A stretch of 64,000 nucleotides of DNA from Bradymonadia bacterium (GTDB lineage: Bacteria > Myxococcota_A > Bradymonadia > UBA7976 > UBA1532): assembly GCA_046290225.1 (NCBI GenBank), contig JBKAGE010000037.1:320001-384000 (forward strand), given 5' to 3'. Within the stretch, counting starts at the first letter, position 1, and each line of letters starts with the position of its first letter. Below are positions 32,233 through 40,638 of the stretch, one piece after another. The notes beneath the pieces were generated by a model that worked only from the letters and a program-made list of their open reading frames with translations, was not told the origin of the DNA and searched no databases. Made by a program: the position numbers and the translations under genes.

Positions 32233-33276
32233 TCACCCAGGCTGTGCCGGTGGATCTTCAAATGCTCGGTAGAAAGCGCTCCAGTAGCTGCTCCTCGAGC
32301 CCACGCGATACTCCTCTTCGTGTACCCCCACAGTGCTGGCGCCGGAGATATTGCCATCCACGGTGGTCACCTTGTATGACGCCCGGCCCAGGCGCACCAC
32401 GTTCACCACCGTGCCGTGGTGCATGCCGTCGATCTTGAGGGCGATGTCGCCGATCCTGGGCACCTCGGTGCCGGGCACCGCAGGCCACTGACGACTCAGC
32501 CACGGCGTACCCCGACCTTGTGGAGGCCAGTTCGCAGCCGAAGCGTTCCCCGCCATCTTCTGCATGGCCAGGGCGAAAATGCCGCACCAGCTCGGGACCC
32601 CCGTGTTGTTGCCCCCTACCTCCATACTGCTGTCGAAGATGGCCTTCTTCGAGGCGGTGCCAATGGTGCCTACAGGCACGTCTTCACCCGCCACCGCCCC
32701 AGACTTCTTGAACACCGCGTAGAGTGTCTCTGCGCCATATCGCCAGACCACCTGTTCGGTGGTGCCGGGGATCGCCGCCAGGCTGGTGCCTTGTCGGGCG
32801 TTGATGGCGCCCACGAGGCCAAGGGCGTGGCTCACCACCGACGCACGGCCAGGGTGCAGCGGCCCAGTCTGATCACCCTCGTCGAAGGGATCACCTGCGC
32901 CGTCAATGCCTTGCAGGTTGTTGGCCATCGACATCAGCCCCACCACCATCATGTAGTCGTTGAGCCACTGCCGCTCGCCGGGACCGAGGTGGTTGGGGTC
33001 ATTCGGCAGGTCTCGACGCATGTGGGCGGTGTAGATGCGCTCGTGAGCGGCGCTGATCTGCGTCGGCGCCGTACGGTTGCCCGGGTTGGCTGGGTATGGG
33101 GCCTGTTGGATCAGTAGCCGGTCGATGGCCGCGGCGAGGCGGGGGATGTTCCCCTGAAGGGCCAGAGGATCTCCCCCACTTTGTGGTGGCGTAGTGTCGT
33201 TCGCTGAGAGCGCCACGAACTCCGGGCCACCACCGAGGTGCATGGCCACCAGCCCCACAGGGCTGGCCATCACCAC
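32233..33276 (-). CDS. CHAP-like domain protein (C-terminal part of amber-split gene)
   Basis: SWCGIF..PRIGDI..HHGTV..TTVDGN resembles the CHAP Cys/His motif order. Confidence 0.6.
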   Translation of the reverse strand: MVMASPVGLVAMHLGGGPEFVALSANDTTPPQSGGDPLALQGNIPRLAAAIDRLLIQQAPYPANPGNRTAPTQISAAHERIYTAHMRRDLPNDPNHLGPGERQWLNDYMMVVGLMSMANNLQGIDGAGDPFDEGDQTGPLHPGRASVVSHALGLVGAINARQGTSLAAIPGTTEQVVWRYGAETLYAVFKKSGAVAGEDVPVGTIGTASKKAIFDSSMEVGGNNTGVPSWCGIFALAMQKMAGNASAANWPPQGRGTPWLSRQWPAVPGTEVPRIGDIALKIDGMHHGTVVNVVRLGRASYKVTTVDGNISGASTVGVHEEEYRVGSRSSYWSAFYRAFEDPPAQPG

Positions 33277-33312
33277 CGGTGAAGTGACGAGGGTGGGCCA
33301 CTGGGTGGCGAA

Positions 33313-33885
33313 CTAAGCGATGTGCGGGCCCACCTCGCCGCCACCTCCCAATGGCGTGGTGTTGCCGGAGTCGCCTCCCGGCCCGGTGCCACCAGGGCCA
33401 GGTACGTCATCGGGCTCCGGGCCTGGGGGCCTCTCGTGCTCACCGTGATCGGGACCACCTGTATCCGGTGTCGTCGACCCGCCTCCGGAGAGCGCGCCCC
33501 ATGTCTGCGGGCCCACCACGCCGTCCACATCGACGCCTGCCTCTTGCTGGAACGCCACCACGGCGCCTCGGGTCATCGGGCCGAAGATGCCGTCTGCGGT
33601 GAGTGAGACCCCTGAGGTGTTGAGCATGCCCTGCAGGTGCGCCACCGTGGGGCCACTCGATCCTATCCGGAGCACTTGATCGACGTAGGGGTTGTCGGTG
33701 ACTCCAGTGGCGGGCTGGGCCACTGTTGGTTCATCCGTGAGCCCCACCGCGATGCTCTGCAGCAGCTCATTGCTCTGCAATGTGGCGGCTTGCTGAACCA
33801 TCGGGGCGCTGGATTGTGCAGAAGGTGTGCTCTGCTCAACGCTCGCTGCCGGTCGGAGCTCCTGGTTGTGCATCGGCCGTCCCAT
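33313..33885 (-). CDS. Peptidoglycan-binding domain protein (N-terminal part of amber-split gene)
   Basis: LRIGSSGPTVAHLQ..DGIFGPMT..AVVAFQ..VDGVVGPQTW.AL (PG_binding_1). Confidence 0.85.
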   Translation of the reverse strand: MGRPMHNQELRPAASVEQSTPSAQSSAPMVQQAATLQSNELLQSIAVGLTDEPTVAQPATGVTDNPYVDQVLRIGSSGPTVAHLQGMLNTSGVSLTADGIFGPMTRGAVVAFQQEAGVDVDGVVGPQTWGALSGGGSTTPDTGGPDHGEHERPPGPEPDDVPGPGGTGPGGDSGNTTPLGGGGEVGPHIA

Positions 33886-33976
33886 CGTGATTTTGCTGGT
33901 GTGATGGCCAGCATCTCTGTGAATTCAGGCGACGGTGGACCACACATCACGACAGACCTTCAGTGAAAAAGGCGTC

Positions 33977-34741
33977 TCATCGACTTGCAGAGAGCACGAT
34001 CCGAAAGCCGAGGTAGTCATAGGCACAATCAGGTGGATCACCATCCCGTACAGCGGCCCGTGCCGTGCGGGCAAAATAACCCCAGGCGCCACCACGGATG
34101 ACCCGGTCGTCACCCTCTCCAACGCACGTACCAGGATTCACTGTGGGCGTATCGGTGTAATCCGAGAACGCATCGGCGCACCACTCGAAGACGTTGCCGT
34201 GCATGTCGTAGAGCCCCCAGGGGCTTGCGGGCTTCTGGGCCACGGGGTGTATGTGGCCCCCTGAGTTCTCTCCGTACCAGCCCACCCGGTAGAGGTCCTG
34301 CTCGTCGTCGCCAGACCAATATCGGGTGGAGGTACCCGCTCGACATGCGTATTCCCACTGCGCCTCTGTGGGCAGCAGCGCGCCGACTCCAGACAGGCGG
34401 GCCTCCAACGCCTTCAGGCAACGTTGAGCGTCATGCCAGCTCACGCACTCTACAGGCTGACTCAGGTCATCAGCAGAGCGACTGGGGTTGTCACCCATCA
34501 CAGCCACCCACAACGCTTGGGTCACAGGTGTGTCACCGAGCCAGAAGCCATGAGTGAGGGTCACCTGATGTTGTGGCCCCTCCCATGTGTACCGGCCCTC
34601 TTCGTTCTTTGGTGAGCCCATCAGGAACGTGCCCGGCTCGATCCATCGCAGGCGCTGCACGACACCATCGACCTCGAAGCACGCGAAGGTGCCGAAGTCG
34701 TCCTCGCCCCAATCACTCATCCAGTCAGCTCTCGTCGACAT
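33977..34741 (-). CDS. Stand-alone FGE-sulfatase (SUMF1, C-type-lectin fold) protein
   Basis: GGAGG RBS then MSTRADW, PGTFLMGSP, LPTEAQWEYACRAG, GLYDMHGNVFEW, RGGAW..LGFR. Confidence 0.9.
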   Translation of the reverse strand: MSTRADWMSDWGEDDFGTFACFEVDGVVQRLRWIEPGTFLMGSPKNEEGRYTWEGPQHQVTLTHGFWLGDTPVTQALWVAVMGDNPSRSADDLSQPVECVSWHDAQRCLKALEARLSGVGALLPTEAQWEYACRAGTSTRYWSGDDEQDLYRVGWYGENSGGHIHPVAQKPASPWGLYDMHGNVFEWCADAFSDYTDTPTVNPGTCVGEGDDRVIRGGAWGYFARTARAAVRDGDPPDCAYDYLGFRIVLSASR

Positions 34742-34822
34742 CTGCCTCCAAATCTTCTCAGGCTGACCCGGCGACTGGCCGAACCAAAGGAGAATTATCC
34801 GGCCACAAGGATCCACCCGGCG

Positions 34823-37800
34823 ATGAAATATCTGTTCCTCTACCCGCATCAAGTCTGGCCCATGCACTACTTCCACGGCGGAGTGCTCGCCAGGGCCTTG
34901 ATCAACGAGGGTCACGAAGTGTTGTGGGTCAATTGCCAGAAGACCCTGCCCGGGTGCCATGCCCAGTGGATCGTGCCCGACACCCCACCGGAAGAGGTCT
35001 GCCGTGATTGCGAGCAGCGGACCAACTTCATCACCCACAAGATGGGCATCCAGCCGAGGCCACTCTCCGACTGGCTCACCGACGCAGATCGAGCAGACGC
35101 CGCCAAGGTGCGCGAGATCGACGATGCCTGGGTGCTCAAGGACTGGATGGACGGCGACATGCCCGTGGGCTACTACGGCCTGTCGTCGCCGGCGAGCTGC
35201 GAGCGCATGCTCGAGCTCGACGACATGACCCCCACCTTCATGCCCAAGTTCCGACAGGGGGTCGAGAACGCCATCCTGTCGCACCGGGCCCTGAAGAAGA
35301 TCCTCGACGAAGAGGGCATCGATCGTGTGGCGCTGCATCTGGGCCGGCTGCCCAGCCAGCAGGTGCTCATGGCGCTGAGCAAAGAGCGCGACCTCACGTG
35401 GTACAGCTGGGAGACCGGCGAGATCCGGAACACCCTCGCCCTGCGACACTGCACCACCCTCTACGACTACGCCTTCTGCCGCGACCTCTGGAAGACCTAC
35501 AAGGACGCGCCTCTCACCCTCGCCGAGATGGAGACGGTGACCACCTGGATGGAGGCCCGGCGTCAGAGCGGCAAGAAGACCGGGCGGTACACCTTCAGCC
35601 CCCAGGCCACCTCGCCTCGGGAGATGTTCGAGGGCCTCGGCATCGAGCCCACGGAGAACATCGTCACCCTCTTCACCAGCAGCGTCGACGAGACCAGCTT
35701 CACCAAGCGAATGGAGGACCCCACCTTCAACGCGGTCTTCGAAGATCAGTACGAGATGATCGGCGACGCCATCGAGTGGGCCAAAGGCCGACCGGACTAC
35801 ACCCTGGTCATCCGGATCCACCCCAACGAGTCCGCCCGGGCCAACCACCTCGGCATGGAAGGCACCAAGGCGCTGAATCTGTATCAGCAGCTCTTCGATC
35901 GCTTCGACCCCATGCCCGAGAACGTCAGGGTGGTCTGGCCTGACGAGAAGATCAGCAGCTACACCCTCATCGACGTGTGCAAGGCGGTCATCGTCTACCG
36001 CAGCACCACCGGCATCGAGGCCGCTGTTGTGGGCCGCCCCGTGGTCTGCACCGAGAACCCGCCGTGGCGCGACGCCGGCTTCGAATATCTCGTGCCCACC
36101 CGCGAGCAGTTCGGCGACTACATCGAGCAGGCCCTCGCCACCGACGAGGACGATCTGCTGCGGCGCAGCACCCTGGCGTGGCGCTTCTCGATGCACAACT
36201 ACCTGAAGTTCCTGATCCCCTTCCCCCTGGTGAAGGATCACGGGCGCATGATGCTCATCAGCCTGGGCTTCGACAAACCCGAGCAGCTCAAGTACGGCTT
36301 CCACCCTGGCCTCGACACCGCCCTGGACAACCTGATCAAAGACACATGGCCCTTCCCCCACGTGCGTGAGGACTGGACCGAGGCTGACGCCGCCTGGGAG
36401 CGGGCCATGGTGAAGGCCCGGCTGCGGCCTCAGCCCACCCTCGCCGAGATGCAGCCCGTGGCCGAGACGGCCGCCCTTTCCGAAGCGCAAAAGGGCATCT
36501 TCGAGGCCGATCTCGCCATGTTGCTGCCTCAAATCGATCGACAGCAGCCCAGCCTGGTCACCGGGCCACTGGCCTCGGCCTTCACTGATCTCTTCACCGC
36601 CGCAGGGGCGAAGCCCCCGGTGATCATCGACGAAGAAGACGCAGGGCGCCGGGCCCGGGCCATCCAAGGTCACATCGGCGGCCCCGCCACGGCCCTGCCC
36701 TTCGCCGATCGGTGCGCGGCCTTCGTCGCGGTCACAGGTGGCCTCGCCCAGCGCTCGGAGGCCGAGGCCAGCCTCGACGCCTACCGACGCTGGCTCCGAC
36801 CACAGGGGCGCATTTGGGTGCACCTCGAAGCGCCCACGGCCACCGATCAGTGGCGTCCGGGCGCTCGAGGCCTCGAGCGGGCCCTCACCGAGCGGGGCTT
36901 CATCGAGGTCTTCGTGCGCCCAGGGCCCGACGGCAGCCTGCTCGCCATCGGCCGGGTTCCTGGCGAGTTGCACGACGATCCGGGCCACACCATCACCGCA
37001 GGTCAGGATCCCATCCGCGCGCTCCTGTCAGCCACCCGCCTTGCCGGTGACTGCCTGGTGAGCGTGGCCACCGGCGACGTGATCGCCGTACGCCAGAGCG
37101 GGTTCACGTCAGAGGGCGAGGTGGCCCCCTGGACCTGCTGGCCCGAGCACCTCGACGGCCACCAGCCTGTGCCGCCTTACTATTTGATGGACCGCCCCGA
37201 GGTCCGCGATCTGCTGCCCAAGGGCGCCGAGAAGATCCTCGATGTGGGCTGCGCCGGCGGCGGCCTCGGCAAGGCCGTGAAGGCCGCCCGGCCCACAGCG
37301 GTGGTCGATGGGGTCGAGGTGGTGGAGCGCGCCGCCCGCCATGCCGACGCCCACCTCGACCAGGTCTTCCGAGGTCCCGTGGAGCAAGTGATCCCCCGGC
37401 TCGAAGACGGCCGCTACGACGCCGTGATCTTCGCCGATGTGCTCGAACATCTCGTCGACCCGGGCGTGGTCCTCGACGAGATCAAACCCAAGCTCGCCGA
37501 AGACGGTGTGTTGGTGATCTCGCTGCCCAACGTGCGGCACTGGTCCGTGGTGGGGCCATTGCTCGAAGGGCGGTTCACCTACGAAGACGCCGGCATCCTC
37601 GACCGCACCCACCTGCGATTTTTCACGAAACAGTCGATCCAGAGCCTCTTCGAGGCCCACGGATACGACATCGTCGAGCTCAAGCAGGTGCGCTTTGGTG
37701 GTCGGGCCCCCGACGCAGTGGTGCAGGCCCTCGGCGCAGCGCCCGTGAACACCAGCACCCTCGCAGACGAGTCAGGGGTGTATCAGTATCTGCTCGTGGC

Positions 37801-39097
37801 CCGGCCCCAGCCCAAGCGGCCGCCCAAGCTCACCAGCATTGTGCTCCTGGGCTGGAATCAGGTGCAGTACACCCGCATGTGCATCAACAGCGTCATGCGA
37901 TACACCCGAGTGCCCTACGAGCTGATCCTCGTGGACAACGGCAGCGTCGACGGCACGGGGGACTACTTCAGATCTCTCGCCGAGCAGCACGACAACGTGA
38001 AGGTGGTGCTCAACCGCAAGAACCTCGGCTTCGCCAAGGGCTGTAATCAGGGCCTCGCCCGGGCCGACGGCGACTATGTGATGTTCCTCAACAACGACAC
38101 CATCGTCACCGAAGGCTGGCTGAGCCGTATGCAATGGTGGATCGAGTTGGAGCCCAACATCGGCGTCGTGGGCCCCCGGAGCAACCGCGTGGCGGGGATC
38201 CAGAAGGTGGATGGGGTGGGCTACAACGAAGACGACCCCCGAGCCATGGCGCACATGCACGCCTGGGCCAGCGCCTTCACCACGGCGCATCATCAACAGA
38301 GCACCTTCGTAAACCGTCTCATCGGGCTCTGTTTGCTGGTGAAACGTGGTGTCATCGACCGCATCGGCGGCTTCGACGTGGGCTTCGGCACGGGCAACTT
38401 CGAGGATGACGACTTCTGTATGCGGGCCAAGGTGGCGGGGTACACCCTGCTCATCGCCGGCGACGTCTTCATCCATCACTTCGGCTCGAAGACCTTCGAA
38501 GGCAACGGGGTGGACTATCAACAGACCTTCTCTGGCAACATGGACAGATTCCTCAACAAGTGGGGCTTCGAGCGGCAGGGGAACGGCTACGCCACTGAAG
38601 GCCTCGACGAGATCGCCTACGAGCGTGGACAACACTTCGTGCCCTACGGGCGTGAGGAGGGTTTCCGGCCCGAGGCAGCCCCTGTGAACGTGCTCGAGCG
38701 GGGTGAGCGCAATGTGCTCGTGTTGCCGCCGTGGTCCGACGAGGGCGCCCTCACCGATCTCATCCGAGTGCTCCATGACACCGCCGAGCCCGCTCGACGA
38801 CAGCGCTGTGCATACTGGCTGCGGGTCGAGCCCAAGTCCGGCCCTGCCCGCCTGAGGCAGCTCGAAGAGGCCACACGCAAAGCTGGCCTGAGGCCGGCGC
38901 TGCTGCCCGAGGTGCTGCTCATCGACGCGCCGTTGTCTCCAGAACGAGAGGCCGGGCTCTTCACAGCCTGTGATGCTGTGCTCCTCGATCGGGACTGGCC
39001 GGAGTCCGATATCGCCGCCCGGCGTGCCATGGACTGTGAATCCACCCTCGTGGACGGCTTGTCGGCGTTGCCACAGTGGCTCTCCTCAAGCCACTGA
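34823..39097 (+). CDS. Multidomain glycosylation protein: capsule-synthesis-like domain + SAM methyltransferase + GT2 glycosyltransferase
   Basis: VIRIHPNE, STTGIEAA..GRPV; ILDVGCAGG, DVLEHLVDP; ILVDNGS.DGT, FLNND, GNFEDDDF. Confidence 0.85.
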   Translation: MKYLFLYPHQVWPMHYFHGGVLARALINEGHEVLWVNCQKTLPGCHAQWIVPDTPPEEVCRDCEQRTNFITHKMGIQPRPLSDWLTDADRADAAKVREIDDAWVLKDWMDGDMPVGYYGLSSPASCERMLELDDMTPTFMPKFRQGVENAILSHRALKKILDEEGIDRVALHLGRLPSQQVLMALSKERDLTWYSWETGEIRNTLALRHCTTLYDYAFCRDLWKTYKDAPLTLAEMETVTTWMEARRQSGKKTGRYTFSPQATSPREMFEGLGIEPTENIVTLFTSSVDETSFTKRMEDPTFNAVFEDQYEMIGDAIEWAKGRPDYTLVIRIHPNESARANHLGMEGTKALNLYQQLFDRFDPMPENVRVVWPDEKISSYTLIDVCKAVIVYRSTTGIEAAVVGRPVVCTENPPWRDAGFEYLVPTREQFGDYIEQALATDEDDLLRRSTLAWRFSMHNYLKFLIPFPLVKDHGRMMLISLGFDKPEQLKYGFHPGLDTALDNLIKDTWPFPHVREDWTEADAAWERAMVKARLRPQPTLAEMQPVAETAALSEAQKGIFEADLAMLLPQIDRQQPSLVTGPLASAFTDLFTAAGAKPPVIIDEEDAGRRARAIQGHIGGPATALPFADRCAAFVAVTGGLAQRSEAEASLDAYRRWLRPQGRIWVHLEAPTATDQWRPGARGLERALTERGFIEVFVRPGPDGSLLAIGRVPGELHDDPGHTITAGQDPIRALLSATRLAGDCLVSVATGDVIAVRQSGFTSEGEVAPWTCWPEHLDGHQPVPPYYLMDRPEVRDLLPKGAEKILDVGCAGGGLGKAVKAARPTAVVDGVEVVERAARHADAHLDQVFRGPVEQVIPRLEDGRYDAVIFADVLEHLVDPGVVLDEIKPKLAEDGVLVISLPNVRHWSVVGPLLEGRFTYEDAGILDRTHLRFFTKQSIQSLFEAHGYDIVELKQVRFGGRAPDAVVQALGAAPVNTSTLADESGVYQYLLVARPQPKRPPKLTSIVLLGWNQVQYTRMCINSVMRYTRVPYELILVDNGSVDGTGDYFRSLAEQHDNVKVVLNRKNLGFAKGCNQGLARADGDYVMFLNNDTIVTEGWLSRMQWWIELEPNIGVVGPRSNRVAGIQKVDGVGYNEDDPRAMAHMHAWASAFTTAHHQQSTFVNRLIGLCLLVKRGVIDRIGGFDVGFGTGNFEDDDFCMRAKVAGYTLLIAGDVFIHHFGSKTFEGNGVDYQQTFSGNMDRFLNKWGFERQGNGYATEGLDEIAYERGQHFVPYGREEGFRPEAAPVNVLERGERNVLVLPPWSDEGALTDLIRVLHDTAEPARRQRCAYWLRVEPKSGPARLRQLEEATRKAGLRPALLPEVLLIDAPLSPEREAGLFTACDAVLLDRDWPESDIAARRAMDCESTLVDGLSALPQWLSSSH

Positions 39098-39223
39098 AAT
39101 CAAAGCCCTAACTCAAAACACATCACACTTTCTGCAAAAAACATTCAGCGACAAACAACCTTCCGCCCTCCAAAACATCACTGATTTACGATATGTTGCT
39201 TTTTGAGCGGAAGGTTGTCTCCT

Positions 39224-39730
39224 ATGCACACGCCACATCTCATCACTCCGGTGGATGCAGAGGCCCTGGCCAGCATCATCGAACAAGTGGGTCGAGCCAT
39301 GTACGCCATGGCGTTCACTGATGGGTTGAACCCCGCTCAGTGGGCAGCGCTGCGATACTTTCATCGCGCAGATGACACCGGGCGTACGGTGAGCGGTTTT
39401 GCCCGCTTCCAAGGCACGACACCGGGGACCGCATCGCGGACGATCTCGGTGTTGATCCGCCGTGGCTACCTGACCCGCGACATCGATCCTGCAGATCGTC
39501 GCCGGGCCCTCATCGGGCTCACAGGCGAAGGTCACGCCATGATGGATCTCGATCCCATGACCAACCTGACCGCCGCCCTCAAAGAGGTCTCCCCTCCAGA
39601 GCGGGGCATGGTGCTGGGCGTGATGGAGCGCTTACTGCATCACCTGCAACAGCCCAAGACCTCTGACGAGGACTCGATCGCTGATCCCAGCGCCACGCAT
39701 CTCTCCCCTGCCCACCTCGCCTCTGACTGA
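39224..39730 (+). CDS. MarR-family transcriptional regulator
   Basis: GLNPAQWAALRY, ASRTIS.L..RGYL.R..DP.DRR..LT..G. Confidence 0.88.
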   Translation: MHTPHLITPVDAEALASIIEQVGRAMYAMAFTDGLNPAQWAALRYFHRADDTGRTVSGFARFQGTTPGTASRTISVLIRRGYLTRDIDPADRRRALIGLTGEGHAMMDLDPMTNLTAALKEVSPPERGMVLGVMERLLHHLQQPKTSDEDSIADPSATHLSPAHLASD

Positions 39731-39900
39731 AGGCAAGCTCCAGGCCCAGCCTGGCGCATTTCAGGTCAGCGCACAGTCATCTTCCTTGCCCTCGGGCCTA
39801 CCTGACGCATATCCATATATACACAGACGAGCGGAGAAGACCGCAGACCTGAGGGAGAGGCACCTGAAGGGCTGCGCCAATTTGAGTTGAGGACATTACG

Positions 39901-40638
39901 ATGACGTGTCTGAGGCGGACGTGGGCAGTGCTCACCCTCTGCGCCATGGGCCTCACCGGCTGCCCGGGGTTCGGCGATCGCACCCTGACGTTCACCGGTG
40001 ACGTGCCCACCTGGGAAGGTGACATCAAGGCCCTATTCGAAGCGCGATGTACGACGTGTCACGGTGATCCACCGGTGGCCGGTGCGCCCTATCCGCTGCT
40101 GACCTTCGAGCAGGCGGTGGAGCGTTCGAGTCGTATCTATGCCCGCTCGGTCACGGTACGCGAGATGCCCCCTGGCGGCGGCCTCGATGACAGCGAGGCC
40201 GCCATGCTCAAGGCCTGGCTCGACAACGGCACTCCTCGAGGTGAAGCGCAGGCGACCCCTGACGCCGAGGTCATGGGCGGCGCCGGTGGTGAGGGCGGTA
40301 TGGGTGGCGCGATGGCCGGTGCAGGCGGGATGATCGCTGGTGATCCCACCTACGACGGTCAGGTGAAGGCCATCCTCGATGGCAGCTGCGCCTTCCCAGG
40401 CTGCCACGGTGGCGACGCCCCCGCGGTGAACCTCGACCTGACATCCTATGCCGGCTTCACAGCAGGCGGCCTCTCCGGCGTGCTCACCTCCGACTCTGGT
40501 GATCCCGCCGACTCGCTCCTGATCAAACGCGTGCGGGCCCTCGATGGCTTCACCAGCATGCCCCCAGGCAGCATGCTCCCTGCTGATCAGCTCGACATCC
40601 TGGACGCCTGGATCGCCGCTGGCGCACCAGAGAATTGA
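39901..40638 (+). CDS. c-type cytochrome lipoprotein with two repeated cytochrome modules
   Basis: LTGC lipobox, CTTCH..MPPG..W..NG and CAFPGCH..MPPG..WI..GA, joined by a Gly-rich linker. Confidence 0.8.
   Translation: MTCLRRTWAVLTLCAMGLTGCPGFGDRTLTFTGDVPTWEGDIKALFEARCTTCHGDPPVAGAPYPLLTFEQAVERSSRIYARSVTVREMPPGGGLDDSEAAMLKAWLDNGTPRGEAQATPDAEVMGGAGGEGGMGGAMAGAGGMIAGDPTYDGQVKAILDGSCAFPGCHGGDAPAVNLDLTSYAGFTAGGLSGVLTSDSGDPADSLLIKRVRALDGFTSMPPGSMLPADQLDILDAWIAAGAPEN

Noticed and set aside
33313..33315. Pyrrolysine or genome-wide TAG recoding
   Set aside because: No pyl genes in the window, and TAG appears to serve as a normal stop for the 43849-44421 gene. A single site cannot support recoding.
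33900..34823. Complete diversity-generating retroelement
   Set aside because: No reverse transcriptase, Avd or template repeat seen in the window.
34742..36988. Apparent 1003-aa FGE fusion ORF (33977-36988)
   Set aside because: The upstream part is the antisense shadow of the glycosyltransferase. The real start is at 34741 with a GGAGG RBS.
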